From the NCBI GenBank assembly GCA_964413265.1, contig CAYPRX010000106.1:2048-66047 (forward strand): 64,000 nucleotides of DNA. The letters are read 5' to 3'. Below, piece by piece: positions 37,971-47,894 of this stretch. A model generated the notes under the pieces. It worked only from the letters and a program-made list of their open reading frames with translations. It searched no databases and was not told the DNA's origin. The position numbers and the translations under genes were made by a program. The DNA is from an uncultured Brevinematales bacterium (lineage in GTDB: Bacteria > Spirochaetota > Brevinematia > Brevinematales > JAOACQ01). Each line of letters opens with the position of its first letter. Position 1 is the first letter of the stretch.

Positions 37971-39044
37971 TCAGACCCTCAAGGGAGAGACCAGGTTTTT
38001 CGATTCATCGAAAAATCTGGCCCTGCTGAAAGGAATGTAAATTTTGATTTTATCATCTTCGCTGACAGGACAGTCAATATCAACTTCCACTCCGAAAAGT
38101 TCTCCCTCCTTATTTATAAAAATAATTTTTTTGCCTTCCTGTATAAAATTTTCTATAAAGGAAACGTTTCCTGAGACGGTAATTGATGGCTCTTTTTGCG
38201 TGAGCATACATTCGTCAGGCCTGATCGTAAGCGTATAATTGATCATTCCGTCTGTTAGAGTAGAGACCTCTCCGGAAGTAAGAAGATTGGCCGGTTTTTC
38301 TCCGATCGAAATCGCTACAAAAAGAGTCTGAGGATTTCTGTAAAGATCGAAATACGATCCGGATTGTTCGATTTTTCCCATTCTCATTACAGCTATATTG
38401 TCCGATATCTCGCCTATTTCAGTCTGGTTGTGGGAGACGTATAAGGTGGATATGCTGTTTTCCCTGATAAAGGTTTTAAGGCTATGCCTGATCTCAGTTC
38501 GGAGACTGTCTTCAACATTTGAAAGGGGTTCATCAAGCAGGAGAATCTCTGCGCTTGACATAAGAGCTTTTCCGATTGAAACCCTCTGCTTCTCGCCGAG
38601 AGATGTATAGCGCGGGAACCTTGATAATAGCTTCTTTTCTTCTATATGCAGCAGCCTGGATACAGCTTCAGTATTGATTGGTTTTTTCCTGCCTGATTTG
38701 TTTATCAGGGGGAAGAGAAGATTGTTCAGATTAGTCATATGGGAGTAAAGAGTGAAATCCTGGAATACCATTGACACGCTTCTTGCAGCGGGCAAATTTT
38801 TTGTAACCGGCACCCCGCCGATAAATATCTCACCCTCCGCTGGCACAAAAAGACCAGCTATGGTTTTAAGGAGCACGGTTTTACCACAGCCGCTGGGCCC
38901 CATAATTCCGAAAATCTCCCCCTTTTCGATTTTCAGGTTTATATCATCAAGTACAGGGAAATGGTCTTTGCCGGTAAAACTCCTGCTCTTAAGATTAGAA
39001 CGGTAGAGCTTGATATGCTGAATATCCAGATAAGCCATGCGCAC
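37971..39044 (-). CDS. MalK/MsmX-like ABC transporter ATP-binding protein
   Basis: GPSGCGKT, SMVFQ, LLLDEPLSN, YVSH, C-terminal TOBE-like region. Confidence 0.85.
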   Translation of the reverse strand: MRMAYLDIQHIKLYRSNLKSRSFTGKDHFPVLDDINLKIEKGEIFGIMGPSGCGKTVLLKTIAGLFVPAEGEIFIGGVPVTKNLPAARSVSMVFQDFTLYSHMTNLNNLLFPLINKSGRKKPINTEAVSRLLHIEEKKLLSRFPRYTSLGEKQRVSIGKALMSSAEILLLDEPLSNVEDSLRTEIRHSLKTFIRENSISTLYVSHNQTEIGEISDNIAVMRMGKIEQSGSYFDLYRNPQTLFVAISIGEKPANLLTSGEVSTLTDGMINYTLTIRPDECMLTQKEPSITVSGNVSFIENFIQEGKKIIFINKEGELFGVEVDIDCPVSEDDKIKIYIPFSRARFFDESKNLVSPLRV

Positions 39045-39173
39045 CTCTTTCCGAAATTATTATATATTTAATGCAAATTCTTATCAATATAAAGCAGGTA
39101 CCTGAAGATTTTTTTCAGGTTGAATTTTTTATAAGTTGGGGGTAAAATTATAAAATATCCCTTAGGAAAAATA

Positions 39174-40328
39174 ATGAAATTAAATTTACTTGCTTCTATT
39201 ATCATTTTGTTAATAATTACCGCCTACTTAATACCCGCATTCTCGTACTGCGAAGGCACTGTCCCCGCAAAGATATTTTTAACCAGTTTTACAGCGGAGG
39301 GAGCCCCTGCATCCATAGCTTTTATTTTCGAAGAAAATGCCAGATCTATTCTTGATTCCTCTACAAATCTTTATCTTCTCCAGGATTATGATATAACAAA
39401 TTATCTGGATGTATCGAATCCGGTGAGATTCATCAATCTGAATAATATTCATGGCCTGATCAATGGAAAGCTGTCAAAAGAAAAGGAAAAGTATGTTCTG
39501 CAAATAACGGCAATTAATAAGAACAATGAGACAAACTTATATCAGATTGATTTTCTTGATATTGATGAGGGGTTGGCTGCCCTTGCTGGCGATTTTAAAG
39601 CCTGGGTGGAAAAAACCTTTCCTAGAGTTGTGAAAAAAATGATTCTTGAGGAGGAAATAGAGACTGTAACGGCTGGAAAGTACGAGTATGTCAGGCCTAC
39701 TCTCATTTTCGAGGTTGGGGGGAGCTATTCCCCTCTCGGTTTTCTTGCCGCATCAACCCTCATACAGGCAGTTCAATACGGTGCAGATGCAGATATATCG
39801 TTCCGTTATGACTGGTGGGGGTTTAATCTTGGCGGAAGCTACTATACAGGGAGTTATTCTGTTTACGCCGGCCCTGAACTCAATTTTCTGAAGGGTCTTA
39901 TAACTCTGACGGCAGGTGCCGGATATATGGAAATATCTGTTTCAAATTCGGATTCGAGCAATGATCAGATGTACAATTTAAACACAGATCTTGGATTCAT
40001 CTACTTATCTTTTTATATCCATTTCAGTGATTTTTACAGTGTCAGTATTGGAGGTATGGCTGCCCCCTTCGTGCAACAGGGCATTATTGCCTGGAGTTAC
40101 TATATCAGCGATAATAGACTCTCTGACTTTCAGTTTTCATCTTATCCGTTTGGAATATACGGCGGTTACCTGAAATGTTCGTTCAATCTCACACCGGATT
40201 TCAGCGTAAACCTCAGATATACAGCTACTTTTTATTCGTTACTACCGGATAAAGGAAGCGGAATCCTGGAAAGCGGGATAGAATTGAGCTTTACTTACAA
40301 GCTTGCGCTGGGAGGAGAAAATGAGTAA
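39174..40328 (+). CDS. Hypothetical exported protein with probable C-terminal beta-barrel
   Basis: Signal-like N-terminus; alternating aromatic/Gly strands. Confidence 0.6.
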   Translation: MKLNLLASIIILLIITAYLIPAFSYCEGTVPAKIFLTSFTAEGAPASIAFIFEENARSILDSSTNLYLLQDYDITNYLDVSNPVRFINLNNIHGLINGKLSKEKEKYVLQITAINKNNETNLYQIDFLDIDEGLAALAGDFKAWVEKTFPRVVKKMILEEEIETVTAGKYEYVRPTLIFEVGGSYSPLGFLAASTLIQAVQYGADADISFRYDWWGFNLGGSYYTGSYSVYAGPELNFLKGLITLTAGAGYMEISVSNSDSSNDQMYNLNTDLGFIYLSFYIHFSDFYSVSIGGMAAPFVQQGIIAWSYYISDNRLSDFQFSSYPFGIYGGYLKCSFNLTPDFSVNLRYTATFYSLLPDKGSGILESGIELSFTYKLALGGENE

Positions 40329-41418
40329 ATTTCTCTCCCGGCTTTTTATACTGCTCATTCTGATAAATGCAGTATCCGGCCTTTCCTTCAGCGAAACAGC
40401 AATTAAGGGTACATGGAATATTCTTATCAGCAGGTTCGTGAACAGGACGGAGGACGGAAGGGATGAAAGCCTGGGACTGGTTATTCAAAGATCCCTGGTC
40501 ACTTTTCTCGGTCAGGTGGAATATTTTAGGGTAACTGAGTCCGGTAATGGGATTATAAGTCTCGAGAAAGAAATTGCTGAAGGTTTTCGGAATGGTGAGG
40601 ATATCCTGATTACCGGCAGTTATGCTGTTGTTGGAAATAAAATTTATATTTCAGTAAGTGTTCATGACATCATACAGAAACAGCTGAAATTCGAATCGAG
40701 TTATTCAGGCAGCGCAGGGGTGGAGATTTTTGAAACGATCGACAGGATAATTATGAAGTTAAAGCAGGACCTTCTCAAAGTCGTTAAGCCTATGGAAGAG
40801 GAGACATATATAACATCCAAAAAAAGGGTAAATATAATAAGGGAGGAAATAAGGCTTGACAGGAGCCTGGTCACCACAGCAGGCTGGAGTTCGGCGCTGA
40901 ACAATAGACCATACACTGGACTTCCCTTCATCGAATTTGATGCAAGGTTAGACTGGCTGAACGGAGGCGGAGAAATTTTTATACCTATACTATTTACCGC
41001 CCTGGAAAGCGAGGGTTATTGGCGCAACGACCTGCTCGACTTATATGCCGGATACTGTTTTAAGAATATGACGGCCGGATTAGGCTATCTTCTTATGATA
41101 AGATATGCAGGAACATATGGCGCAAACGGTACAGGACCTTTGGTTTATTTCAGATACGATCTTGGCAATGAACTTGATGTTAAGGCTTATTTTGCCGTAA
41201 CATCGGTTACTTCTGATAACGGTGACCTGATTGAAAGTTTTCCGACCGGAGAGCCGCTCGGATTTGTATTTGGTATTGAGGGGGATTATTATTTTCTTAA
41301 TAATCTTGGAGTAAAACTGGAATATTATTACGGCTTCTATATAGATTCCTCAAACGGCCATTCTGCGCAAAACAATCTCGTACTGGTCGGGGTGGACTAC
41401 AGGCTTGACTTTAAATAG
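40321..41418 (+). CDS. Hypothetical exported protein, TolB-N/CsgG-like domain plus beta-barrel
   Basis: GGAGGA RBS before ATG 40321, signal peptide, ILITGSY..IYISVSVHD, ends VGVDYRLDFK. Confidence 0.65.
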   Translation: MSKFLSRLFILLILINAVSGLSFSETAIKGTWNILISRFVNRTEDGRDESLGLVIQRSLVTFLGQVEYFRVTESGNGIISLEKEIAEGFRNGEDILITGSYAVVGNKIYISVSVHDIIQKQLKFESSYSGSAGVEIFETIDRIIMKLKQDLLKVVKPMEEETYITSKKRVNIIREEIRLDRSLVTTAGWSSALNNRPYTGLPFIEFDARLDWLNGGGEIFIPILFTALESEGYWRNDLLDLYAGYCFKNMTAGLGYLLMIRYAGTYGANGTGPLVYFRYDLGNELDVKAYFAVTSVTSDNGDLIESFPTGEPLGFVFGIEGDYYFLNNLGVKLEYYYGFYIDSSNGHSAQNNLVLVGVDYRLDFK

Positions 41419-42917
41419 GGTTTAAAGGCTACAAATTTCCTGTGATCCTTTTTACAGATCATCTGAACTGCCTCACGACCACTTTTTACCCCTGATGGAA
41501 GGCCTCCTGGAGCCGTTACCCACATACCGGCCAAGTAAAAATTCTTTAAACCCTTTATCTGTCTGGGTATATTCTGGAGTTTTCTGGCATTGCGGGGAGT
41601 CATTATCCATGTCATAAATCTGCCCTTCCAGTTGCCTGTATAGCGGTAATAAGTCATTGGTGTTGCAACATCTATCACCTCGACATGATCACGGATATCC
41701 GGGATTTTTTTCTCGATTTCTTTCAAAATTACCTGAGCGATTTTGTCCTTTTCTTTTTTATAGGATTCTTTCTTAGAAAACAGCTTTTCCCAGTAATCAT
41801 AATCAGTGTTGATCAAAGATATCATAAAAGTTTTTCCGGGAGGGGCCATTGTTTTATCAAAATTATAATTTTTTATATGGAGGGTTCTCCTCATTTTTCC
41901 TGCAATCTCAATGGGTGAATCAAGGCTGTAAATAACGCCTACGGCGTCCGAACCTTCAGTTATATCTTTATTTATTCCAAAAGAAACCTGCAAAGCCGTA
42001 GGATATGTTTCTGTTTTATCAAATAAAGAGTATAAAAAAGTCTCGTTGTATTTTCTGTCTAGCATTTCTTCGAGCAGTGTTTTTAGATCGGATCCGGAAA
42101 TAATAATATCTCCCGTTATTTCCGAACCGTCTGCAAGAAGGAGACCGCAGGCCTTGCCCTTTCTTACAGAAATTCTTTTGACTTTTTTGCCGTAAAATAT
42201 TTTCCCGCCAAGTTCCAGATATCTTTTTTCTATTGTTTTAGCGAACTCAAGGGAGCCACCCTCGGGAAATCCGTTTGATGCTGTATTGAACCCGGACATG
42301 GTCGCTATAAGAGCTATCAGTGATCCTTCCGGCGAAATGGCGTTCATAATGCCTTCGTATAAAAGCCTGTCTTTAAACTGCCTGGCGAATTCCCTCGTGC
42401 TTGTTTTAATGCAATATGCAAATTCTTTCATCACCGGCATTAGATTTTTCATCATTTTGATCTTATCAAAAATATTCATTAATTCGCGGGCCTTGATGCC
42501 ATCCATTTTCATTGATGAAAAAACACGTATAAGAGCGCAGAATTTCTTAGAAACTGCTGCATCCGGCGGGGAAAGTTCGATCATATGTTTTTCCAGCCGG
42601 TTGACATCGGAGTAAAGGTTAAATATCCTGTTGTCATTATCCACATACCTGAAATATACCTGAGGATTATACATCTTTCTGTTCTGGACAGCGCCAAGCT
42701 CTTCCCAGAATTTATAGAACATTCCTCCGGGAGCTGAACCTGTAAGCCAGTGTATGCAACCGTCGATTGTATAGCCTTTTCTTTTCCAGGCTGTACAAAG
42801 ACCTCCTGGAAGGGATTGCGATTCATAGATCTCAGTATCATAATTGTTCATCCTGGCGTAGCAGCCTGCTGAAAGACCTGCAATACCGGCACCAATGATT
42901 AATATCTTTTTACTCAT
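41397..42917 (-). CDS. Phytoene-desaturase-like FAD-dependent oxidoreductase
   Basis: IIGAGIAGL, PGGLCTAW, DVATPMTYYRYTGN, NFYLAGMW..GGLP. Confidence 0.85.
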   Translation of the reverse strand: MSKKILIIGAGIAGLSAGCYARMNNYDTEIYESQSLPGGLCTAWKRKGYTIDGCIHWLTGSAPGGMFYKFWEELGAVQNRKMYNPQVYFRYVDNDNRIFNLYSDVNRLEKHMIELSPPDAAVSKKFCALIRVFSSMKMDGIKARELMNIFDKIKMMKNLMPVMKEFAYCIKTSTREFARQFKDRLLYEGIMNAISPEGSLIALIATMSGFNTASNGFPEGGSLEFAKTIEKRYLELGGKIFYGKKVKRISVRKGKACGLLLADGSEITGDIIISGSDLKTLLEEMLDRKYNETFLYSLFDKTETYPTALQVSFGINKDITEGSDAVGVIYSLDSPIEIAGKMRRTLHIKNYNFDKTMAPPGKTFMISLINTDYDYWEKLFSKKESYKKEKDKIAQVILKEIEKKIPDIRDHVEVIDVATPMTYYRYTGNWKGRFMTWIMTPRNARKLQNIPRQIKGLKNFYLAGMWVTAPGGLPSGVKSGREAVQMICKKDHRKFVAFKPYLKSSL

Positions 42918-42928
42918 AAGACCTCCTC

Positions 42929-43741
42929 TTAGTTATTTATTTTTATATAATATCGAATGATCTTATCCCGGTTCTGCGTTGAAAATAATTTTATTAGCCC
43001 TTCAATTTTATTCAGCGGATAATCCTCAGGTAAAAATCTGGCCGGAAAGGGCGGTTCATCTACAAAACATTTCAGATAATGTACAGGGCCGGCATATAAA
43101 TACCTTCTCGCGCATTCATCTTCTGAAATATTTTCTTCCGAGAAGAAATAATACAGGTCGTTGTTGAATTGATTCAGAAAAAGAACCCTTCTTTTCAAAT
43201 CAAATATTTCCAGGATCTTATCCTTCAAAGCCCCCTCTTCAATATCGGGACATTTAAAAATGTAAAGATTTTTATCAAGGCCGTATTTTCTTATGGCGGA
43301 AGTCAGTTCTTTGGTGTCGATCAGCCCGTTTATATATGTATTTTGTGCAAGCCTTTTGAAACCATAATACCGCAGGGTCTCCCTTGCCACATAACGTTCT
43401 TTTTCATCGTCTTTTCGGAAAGAAAATACGGCCAGGATAAAGCCCTCAGGGCGGTCTTTTTGATTTGATACTACCCTGCTCACAGATTTCTGAATTTCTG
43501 TAAGGCTGTATCGTATCTTCCCCTTTTCATCCTTGAACATATCAATTTCACCTTTAGCCCTGACTCTAGAAAGTGCTGTTCTTACAGCGCTGTAGGAAAA
43601 CCCTGCATACTCAGCCAGATCGCGAATACCGTTCAGGGTAGGATACGGTAATTCCCTGAAAAGTAATACGTTTTCCCTGAAAATCATCGGTGTTATCAAA
43701 ATATGCTGCAGTTGCAGAGGGTATTTCCTTTTAAAATCCAT
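42929..43741 (-). CDS. PaaX-like transcriptional regulator
   Basis: wHTH SAVRTALSR..G, Cas2-like middle region (ETLRYYGFKRL), C-terminal DEPPFPARFLPEDYP. Confidence 0.75.
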   Translation of the reverse strand: MDFKRKYPLQLQHILITPMIFRENVLLFRELPYPTLNGIRDLAEYAGFSYSAVRTALSRVRAKGEIDMFKDEKGKIRYSLTEIQKSVSRVVSNQKDRPEGFILAVFSFRKDDEKERYVARETLRYYGFKRLAQNTYINGLIDTKELTSAIRKYGLDKNLYIFKCPDIEEGALKDKILEIFDLKRRVLFLNQFNNDLYYFFSEENISEDECARRYLYAGPVHYLKCFVDEPPFPARFLPEDYPLNKIEGLIKLFSTQNRDKIIRYYIKINN

Positions 43742-43749
43742 GATGATTA

Positions 43750-43792
43750 TATGTTACAAATATTTAATATGTATTATTTATAATGTAACATA
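43750..43792. promoter_or_regulatory. Putative PaaX-type operator (inverted repeat)
   Basis: TATGTTACA (43750-43758) and TGTAACATA (43784-43792); hexamer cores TGTTAC-N27-GTAACA. Confidence 0.6.
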
Positions 43793-43872
43793 AAAACAAA
43801 CCTTTGTCAACATTACAAATTGAAAAATAGTAAAAGCATGTTATAATTATTTTATAAGACGAGGAGGCATCT

Positions 43873-44499
43873 ATGATAAAAAATTTTATTGCTTTATTCA
43901 CACTATTTGTTTTTTCAAGCATATCAGGGTTTGCAGCGAATTACAGAGTCATTACCGAATTGAACGATTTCGGAGGAATTACTTCTGAATACAGCTACCG
44001 GAATGGTGACGAATTCTATAATAAATACGGGGTTGAGCGTTCCATCTCATTCTATGATTATGCTAAGAGCCTGAAGAAGGTTGAATTTTATTACATCCCT
44101 GCCGCCTCTAAGGAAAATGGCTATAATAAACGTATAGAGTATTATAATGATAAAGAGAAAATCGTTTCAAATGAAGTTTTCCATACTGAAGAATTTGCCC
44201 GCAGAGAGAACTATATCCGGCACACTGAATATTATAATCCCAGGGGAGAGAAGGAGAGGATGGATTATTTTTATACACGTGATTTTGCTGATAAGAAAGG
44301 TTATGAAAGGGCCACTCTCATAGTAGCCGGCGGATTTACAAAGGAATGGGACTATTATTTCACTGAAAGCTATATTGAACAAAGTGGAATAGCAGTTCGT
44401 AAGGATTATTATGTGACCGATCCCTATGGCAAGGAAAAAATCAAAGAAACGGTGCTTTTTGATAAGGATAATAATGAAATTAAAAAAAAGGGGGAATAA
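43873..44499 (+). CDS. Exported protein with ~30-aa internal repeats
   Basis: GAGGAGG RBS, signal peptide, repeated GY...EYYN...(F/Y)T..FA units. Confidence 0.7.
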   Translation: MIKNFIALFTLFVFSSISGFAANYRVITELNDFGGITSEYSYRNGDEFYNKYGVERSISFYDYAKSLKKVEFYYIPAASKENGYNKRIEYYNDKEKIVSNEVFHTEEFARRENYIRHTEYYNPRGEKERMDYFYTRDFADKKGYERATLIVAGGFTKEWDYYFTESYIEQSGIAVRKDYYVTDPYGKEKIKETVLFDKDNNEIKKKGE

Positions 44500-44506
44500 C
44501 CCCTGA

Positions 44507-47500
44507 TCAATTTGAGAAAAGCTTATCGGAGCGGGGGCAAGCCGATGTATAGGGGCAGAATTCACACTTCAGATCAGATTCAGTATCAACACTCCCCTCA
44601 TGACCTGAAAAATTTTTGTAAAATGTAAGGATATCTTCGTTATAATCTGTTTCCAGCGTGACCGGCTTGAAATCTCCTTTCATAATAAGGCTGAAAGCCG
44701 CCATTATCTCAGAAATTTTTTCTTTCCATATCTCCTTGAAATCTGTAATTGAATGATCTCCTTTGCTGAAGGGAAGCACATCCATTTTCCTTTCTTTGCC
44801 TTTTTTTTCAATCGAAACAAAAGATATTTCACTTACCGGCTTATCTAGGGACCAGGCATAGATAAAACCCTGGAAGATTTTCAAGGGAATAAAATAGTCC
44901 TTCTTGAAGTGGCTGACGCTTCCTGTTTTATAATCTATTATTCTCAAAGAGCTTCTTTCCCCACCATCGGATGAATCGATTCTATCGATGCTTCCGGTTA
45001 TGGGCAAGAGGTAACCTTCACCTATTTCGAGGACTGAATTTACTGGATGCTCTGTCAGGATCGGCTTGTAGTCTCTTAGTTTCTCAGCATCAAATTCGAT
45101 AAATTCCCTTAAAAACGAGCGGTAGTTTTCCATTTCCATTTCAAATAACTCTTTTTCACCCTCTAAATTTGCGAATTCGCTGAAATTGCGTTCGATGCAA
45201 GAGTCCAGCACGTCGAACATCTTTTTCTTATTACCAAGAAGGAAATCAGAGGACTTTTCAGAAGTTTCCAGTATATAATCTTTAAGGACGGCATGATAAA
45301 AACTTCCCTTGAGAGTGGATTCGATCTTCTGGGAAGGGTATTGATCACTTCGGATTTTCAATAAATAGCGCAGCAGGAAATGGTATCGGCAGTTGCCGAA
45401 AGATTCAAGCAGTGAACTGCTGAAAGTCAATTTCTTGATTTTATCGGCGATCCAATCAGAATTTTCTCTACAGTCTCCAAAATAGGAAAGACCAGTTTTT
45501 ACAGGAGAAATATCCAATCTGTATGCCATATTTATTCCGCTTATCAGATCAAAATAATTCCTCATCTGCATAGCTCTTTCCATACCCTGGTTTTCCCTCA
45601 ATATTTCCTTCTTTATGGTTACATCTAAGAGATCGAAATCATGCGATATAAGCGTCTGAAAATCGAAAATTTCCATCCAGCGGGAAGAGGGGACGATTTC
45701 GAAAATAAAGGGTTCAGCCTCATCAGCATTTTTTTCAGGGAAAATCATTTTTTCTATATCCTGAAGGTAGAGGGAGGATATTATTTCACGTCCGGATTCA
45801 TCATATGGCGTTGCGGAAAGATATAAAAATTCGGTGCAGCGTGAAACGGCTAAGGCGAACTCAAGCCTTGCCGATATAGCAGTATGCTCCTCATCCTGGA
45901 AAATAATCTTTGAGGCGAGACCGTTTATCCTCCTTTTTTCCTGTCCATTGATCAGTGACAGCGGAACACCCGGAGGGAATTCTCCCTCATTTAAACCTGC
46001 AATAAATACAGCTCTTCGGGAAGATTCCCTCATATCAAAGGGTACGCCAATTTTCACGGCATCATAAGGATAATACTGGTAACGATAACTTGTATTCTGG
46101 ATAAGATTTTCTATCAGAGAAAAAAGTTCGATATTCGAGAAGAGGTTGATTTCTAACAATTTCAGTGATTTCCTGATCGAAGAAAGGGTATCTTTCAGTT
46201 TGCGAAATGCTGTGAAATCACGGGCTGCAAAACCACTACCTTCTTCCCCGTCTCCGCCCAGAGTTTCTTCCATGCCAAGGCCACCTGTAAGCCTGGAAAA
46301 CCAAATTATGAAGTCGTCAATGCTGATGGGTCCCTTTTGAGGCAGGATCAGGGCTAAAAATTCATCCAGTGTATCCCTTATCCGTGATATGGAGTTTATT
46401 TTACGCCCCAGTTCCTCGATAGAAATTTCATTTCCCTCATTGTTTATAAAAATTTTATTCCTTTTCTCCCTGTAATACCTTTCTCTCGATTCGCAGGTCT
46501 TAAGCCAACCTTCCCTGTCGGCCTTAATAAAAGAGGGTATTACTTCAGTCAGACTGCTTAATATTTTAAAAGAAGGATTGGCAGTATAATTTGAGTTAAC
46601 TATCGAGAGTATTCTTATACTGTCGATCGCTCCGTCTTTAAATGCACTCTCGCAAATATAAAAAAGAAAGATGATTGCAGGGTTGTCTTTGAGAGGTTCG
46701 TCCATGGTATTGTAATAGGGTATATCGAAACGTGAAAAAACGCTTTTAATTATATTACTGTACTGGCCCATGTTCCTAATTATTAATCCCATTTCACCGT
46801 AATTGACTTTGTGAGCGATCTTCAGGCGCTTTATCTCGTTAGCTATCTTTTCAATTTCCCTGTATTTTCCAAAAGCCCTTATCACAGAAATGTTGAGTTC
46901 TGGCATTTTACCCTCCAGCTTTCCTTCGAGGATTGCACCTGAGAGGATTGAAAAGGGATTATTTGGTGATGGCATCCTGGTAATATCCAGCTTAAATTTG
47001 ATTTTCAGGTCATCGAAGGTCTTCCTGATAAGGGGTGAGTTTAAAGAAGGGAGAGTCAGGAAAGCTCTCTTATTTTCCCTTTCAAAGGCTGTGGTCAGGT
47101 TTTTAATAAATTCGAATTCAGTTGCCGTAAAATCGAAAAAACCGTCGATGACAAGAAGAGACCATGGGATTGGACTAAGTCTCAGGATTTCGCCCGATGC
47201 TTCCATGAAAAGCGAGTAATTATCATTGAGTCCTGTTTTTATAAGCATGTTTTCATATTCATCATAAATGAGAAAAATATCGTTCCATTTAATCCTGTTA
47301 TTTTTTCCATTATCAGGCAGGCATTTCTTAATGTCACTGCACCCCCGTATTGTCGAACCGGCCCTGAGTTCCATAATCAGGGAATAGATCAATTTTATGA
47401 CCCCGCCGTAGCTGTCGATATCCCTGAAATAACCGAATTTTTTTTTATTTTTCTCGATGATCATTCTAACGATTATATATGATTCAAAATCGCTTATCTG

Positions 47501-47737
47501 CCCGGGATAATTCTTAGCCAGTAAAAGCACAGTCTGCATAAATTCACCGAGAGTATAAACAATTTTCCCGGCAAATCCCCCTGTTTCTTCCGCAAGTAAA
47601 GACATGAACTCGTCTCGTAATATCCTTGTGGGAACAATAACAAGGGGATTAGATTTAGAAGCGATGTCATGTTTGATGATATTTAATACATAAGCTGTTT
47701 TGCCTGATTTAAAAGGACCTTGTATAAGATTGAGCAT
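44507..47737 (-). CDS. AddB/RexB-like helicase-nuclease subunit (PD-(D/E)XK with Fe-S staple)
   Basis: GPFKSGKT, IDGFFDFT, GLNEGEFP, SSSLLESFGNC, GSIDRID, IIDYKTG, CEFCPYTSAC. Confidence 0.85.
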   Translation of the reverse strand: MLNLIQGPFKSGKTAYVLNIIKHDIASKSNPLVIVPTRILRDEFMSLLAEETGGFAGKIVYTLGEFMQTVLLLAKNYPGQISDFESYIIVRMIIEKNKKKFGYFRDIDSYGGVIKLIYSLIMELRAGSTIRGCSDIKKCLPDNGKNNRIKWNDIFLIYDEYENMLIKTGLNDNYSLFMEASGEILRLSPIPWSLLVIDGFFDFTATEFEFIKNLTTAFERENKRAFLTLPSLNSPLIRKTFDDLKIKFKLDITRMPSPNNPFSILSGAILEGKLEGKMPELNISVIRAFGKYREIEKIANEIKRLKIAHKVNYGEMGLIIRNMGQYSNIIKSVFSRFDIPYYNTMDEPLKDNPAIIFLFYICESAFKDGAIDSIRILSIVNSNYTANPSFKILSSLTEVIPSFIKADREGWLKTCESRERYYREKRNKIFINNEGNEISIEELGRKINSISRIRDTLDEFLALILPQKGPISIDDFIIWFSRLTGGLGMEETLGGDGEEGSGFAARDFTAFRKLKDTLSSIRKSLKLLEINLFSNIELFSLIENLIQNTSYRYQYYPYDAVKIGVPFDMRESSRRAVFIAGLNEGEFPPGVPLSLINGQEKRRINGLASKIIFQDEEHTAISARLEFALAVSRCTEFLYLSATPYDESGREIISSLYLQDIEKMIFPEKNADEAEPFIFEIVPSSRWMEIFDFQTLISHDFDLLDVTIKKEILRENQGMERAMQMRNYFDLISGINMAYRLDISPVKTGLSYFGDCRENSDWIADKIKKLTFSSSLLESFGNCRYHFLLRYLLKIRSDQYPSQKIESTLKGSFYHAVLKDYILETSEKSSDFLLGNKKKMFDVLDSCIERNFSEFANLEGEKELFEMEMENYRSFLREFIEFDAEKLRDYKPILTEHPVNSVLEIGEGYLLPITGSIDRIDSSDGGERSSLRIIDYKTGSVSHFKKDYFIPLKIFQGFIYAWSLDKPVSEISFVSIEKKGKERKMDVLPFSKGDHSITDFKEIWKEKISEIMAAFSLIMKGDFKPVTLETDYNEDILTFYKNFSGHEGSVDTESDLKCEFCPYTSACPRSDKLFSN

Positions 47738-47894
47738 TAAAAATCTCCCTTTTTATTATGGAATAAAAGACCGATATAATCCAGTCTTTGAGTTTTACTG
47801 AAGGGGGTTGAATCAGATTATGATTTTGTATTTATAGCTGGAATAATGCTATAATTACTTATATGTATCTGATTTGATCTGTGATTGGTAGGGT

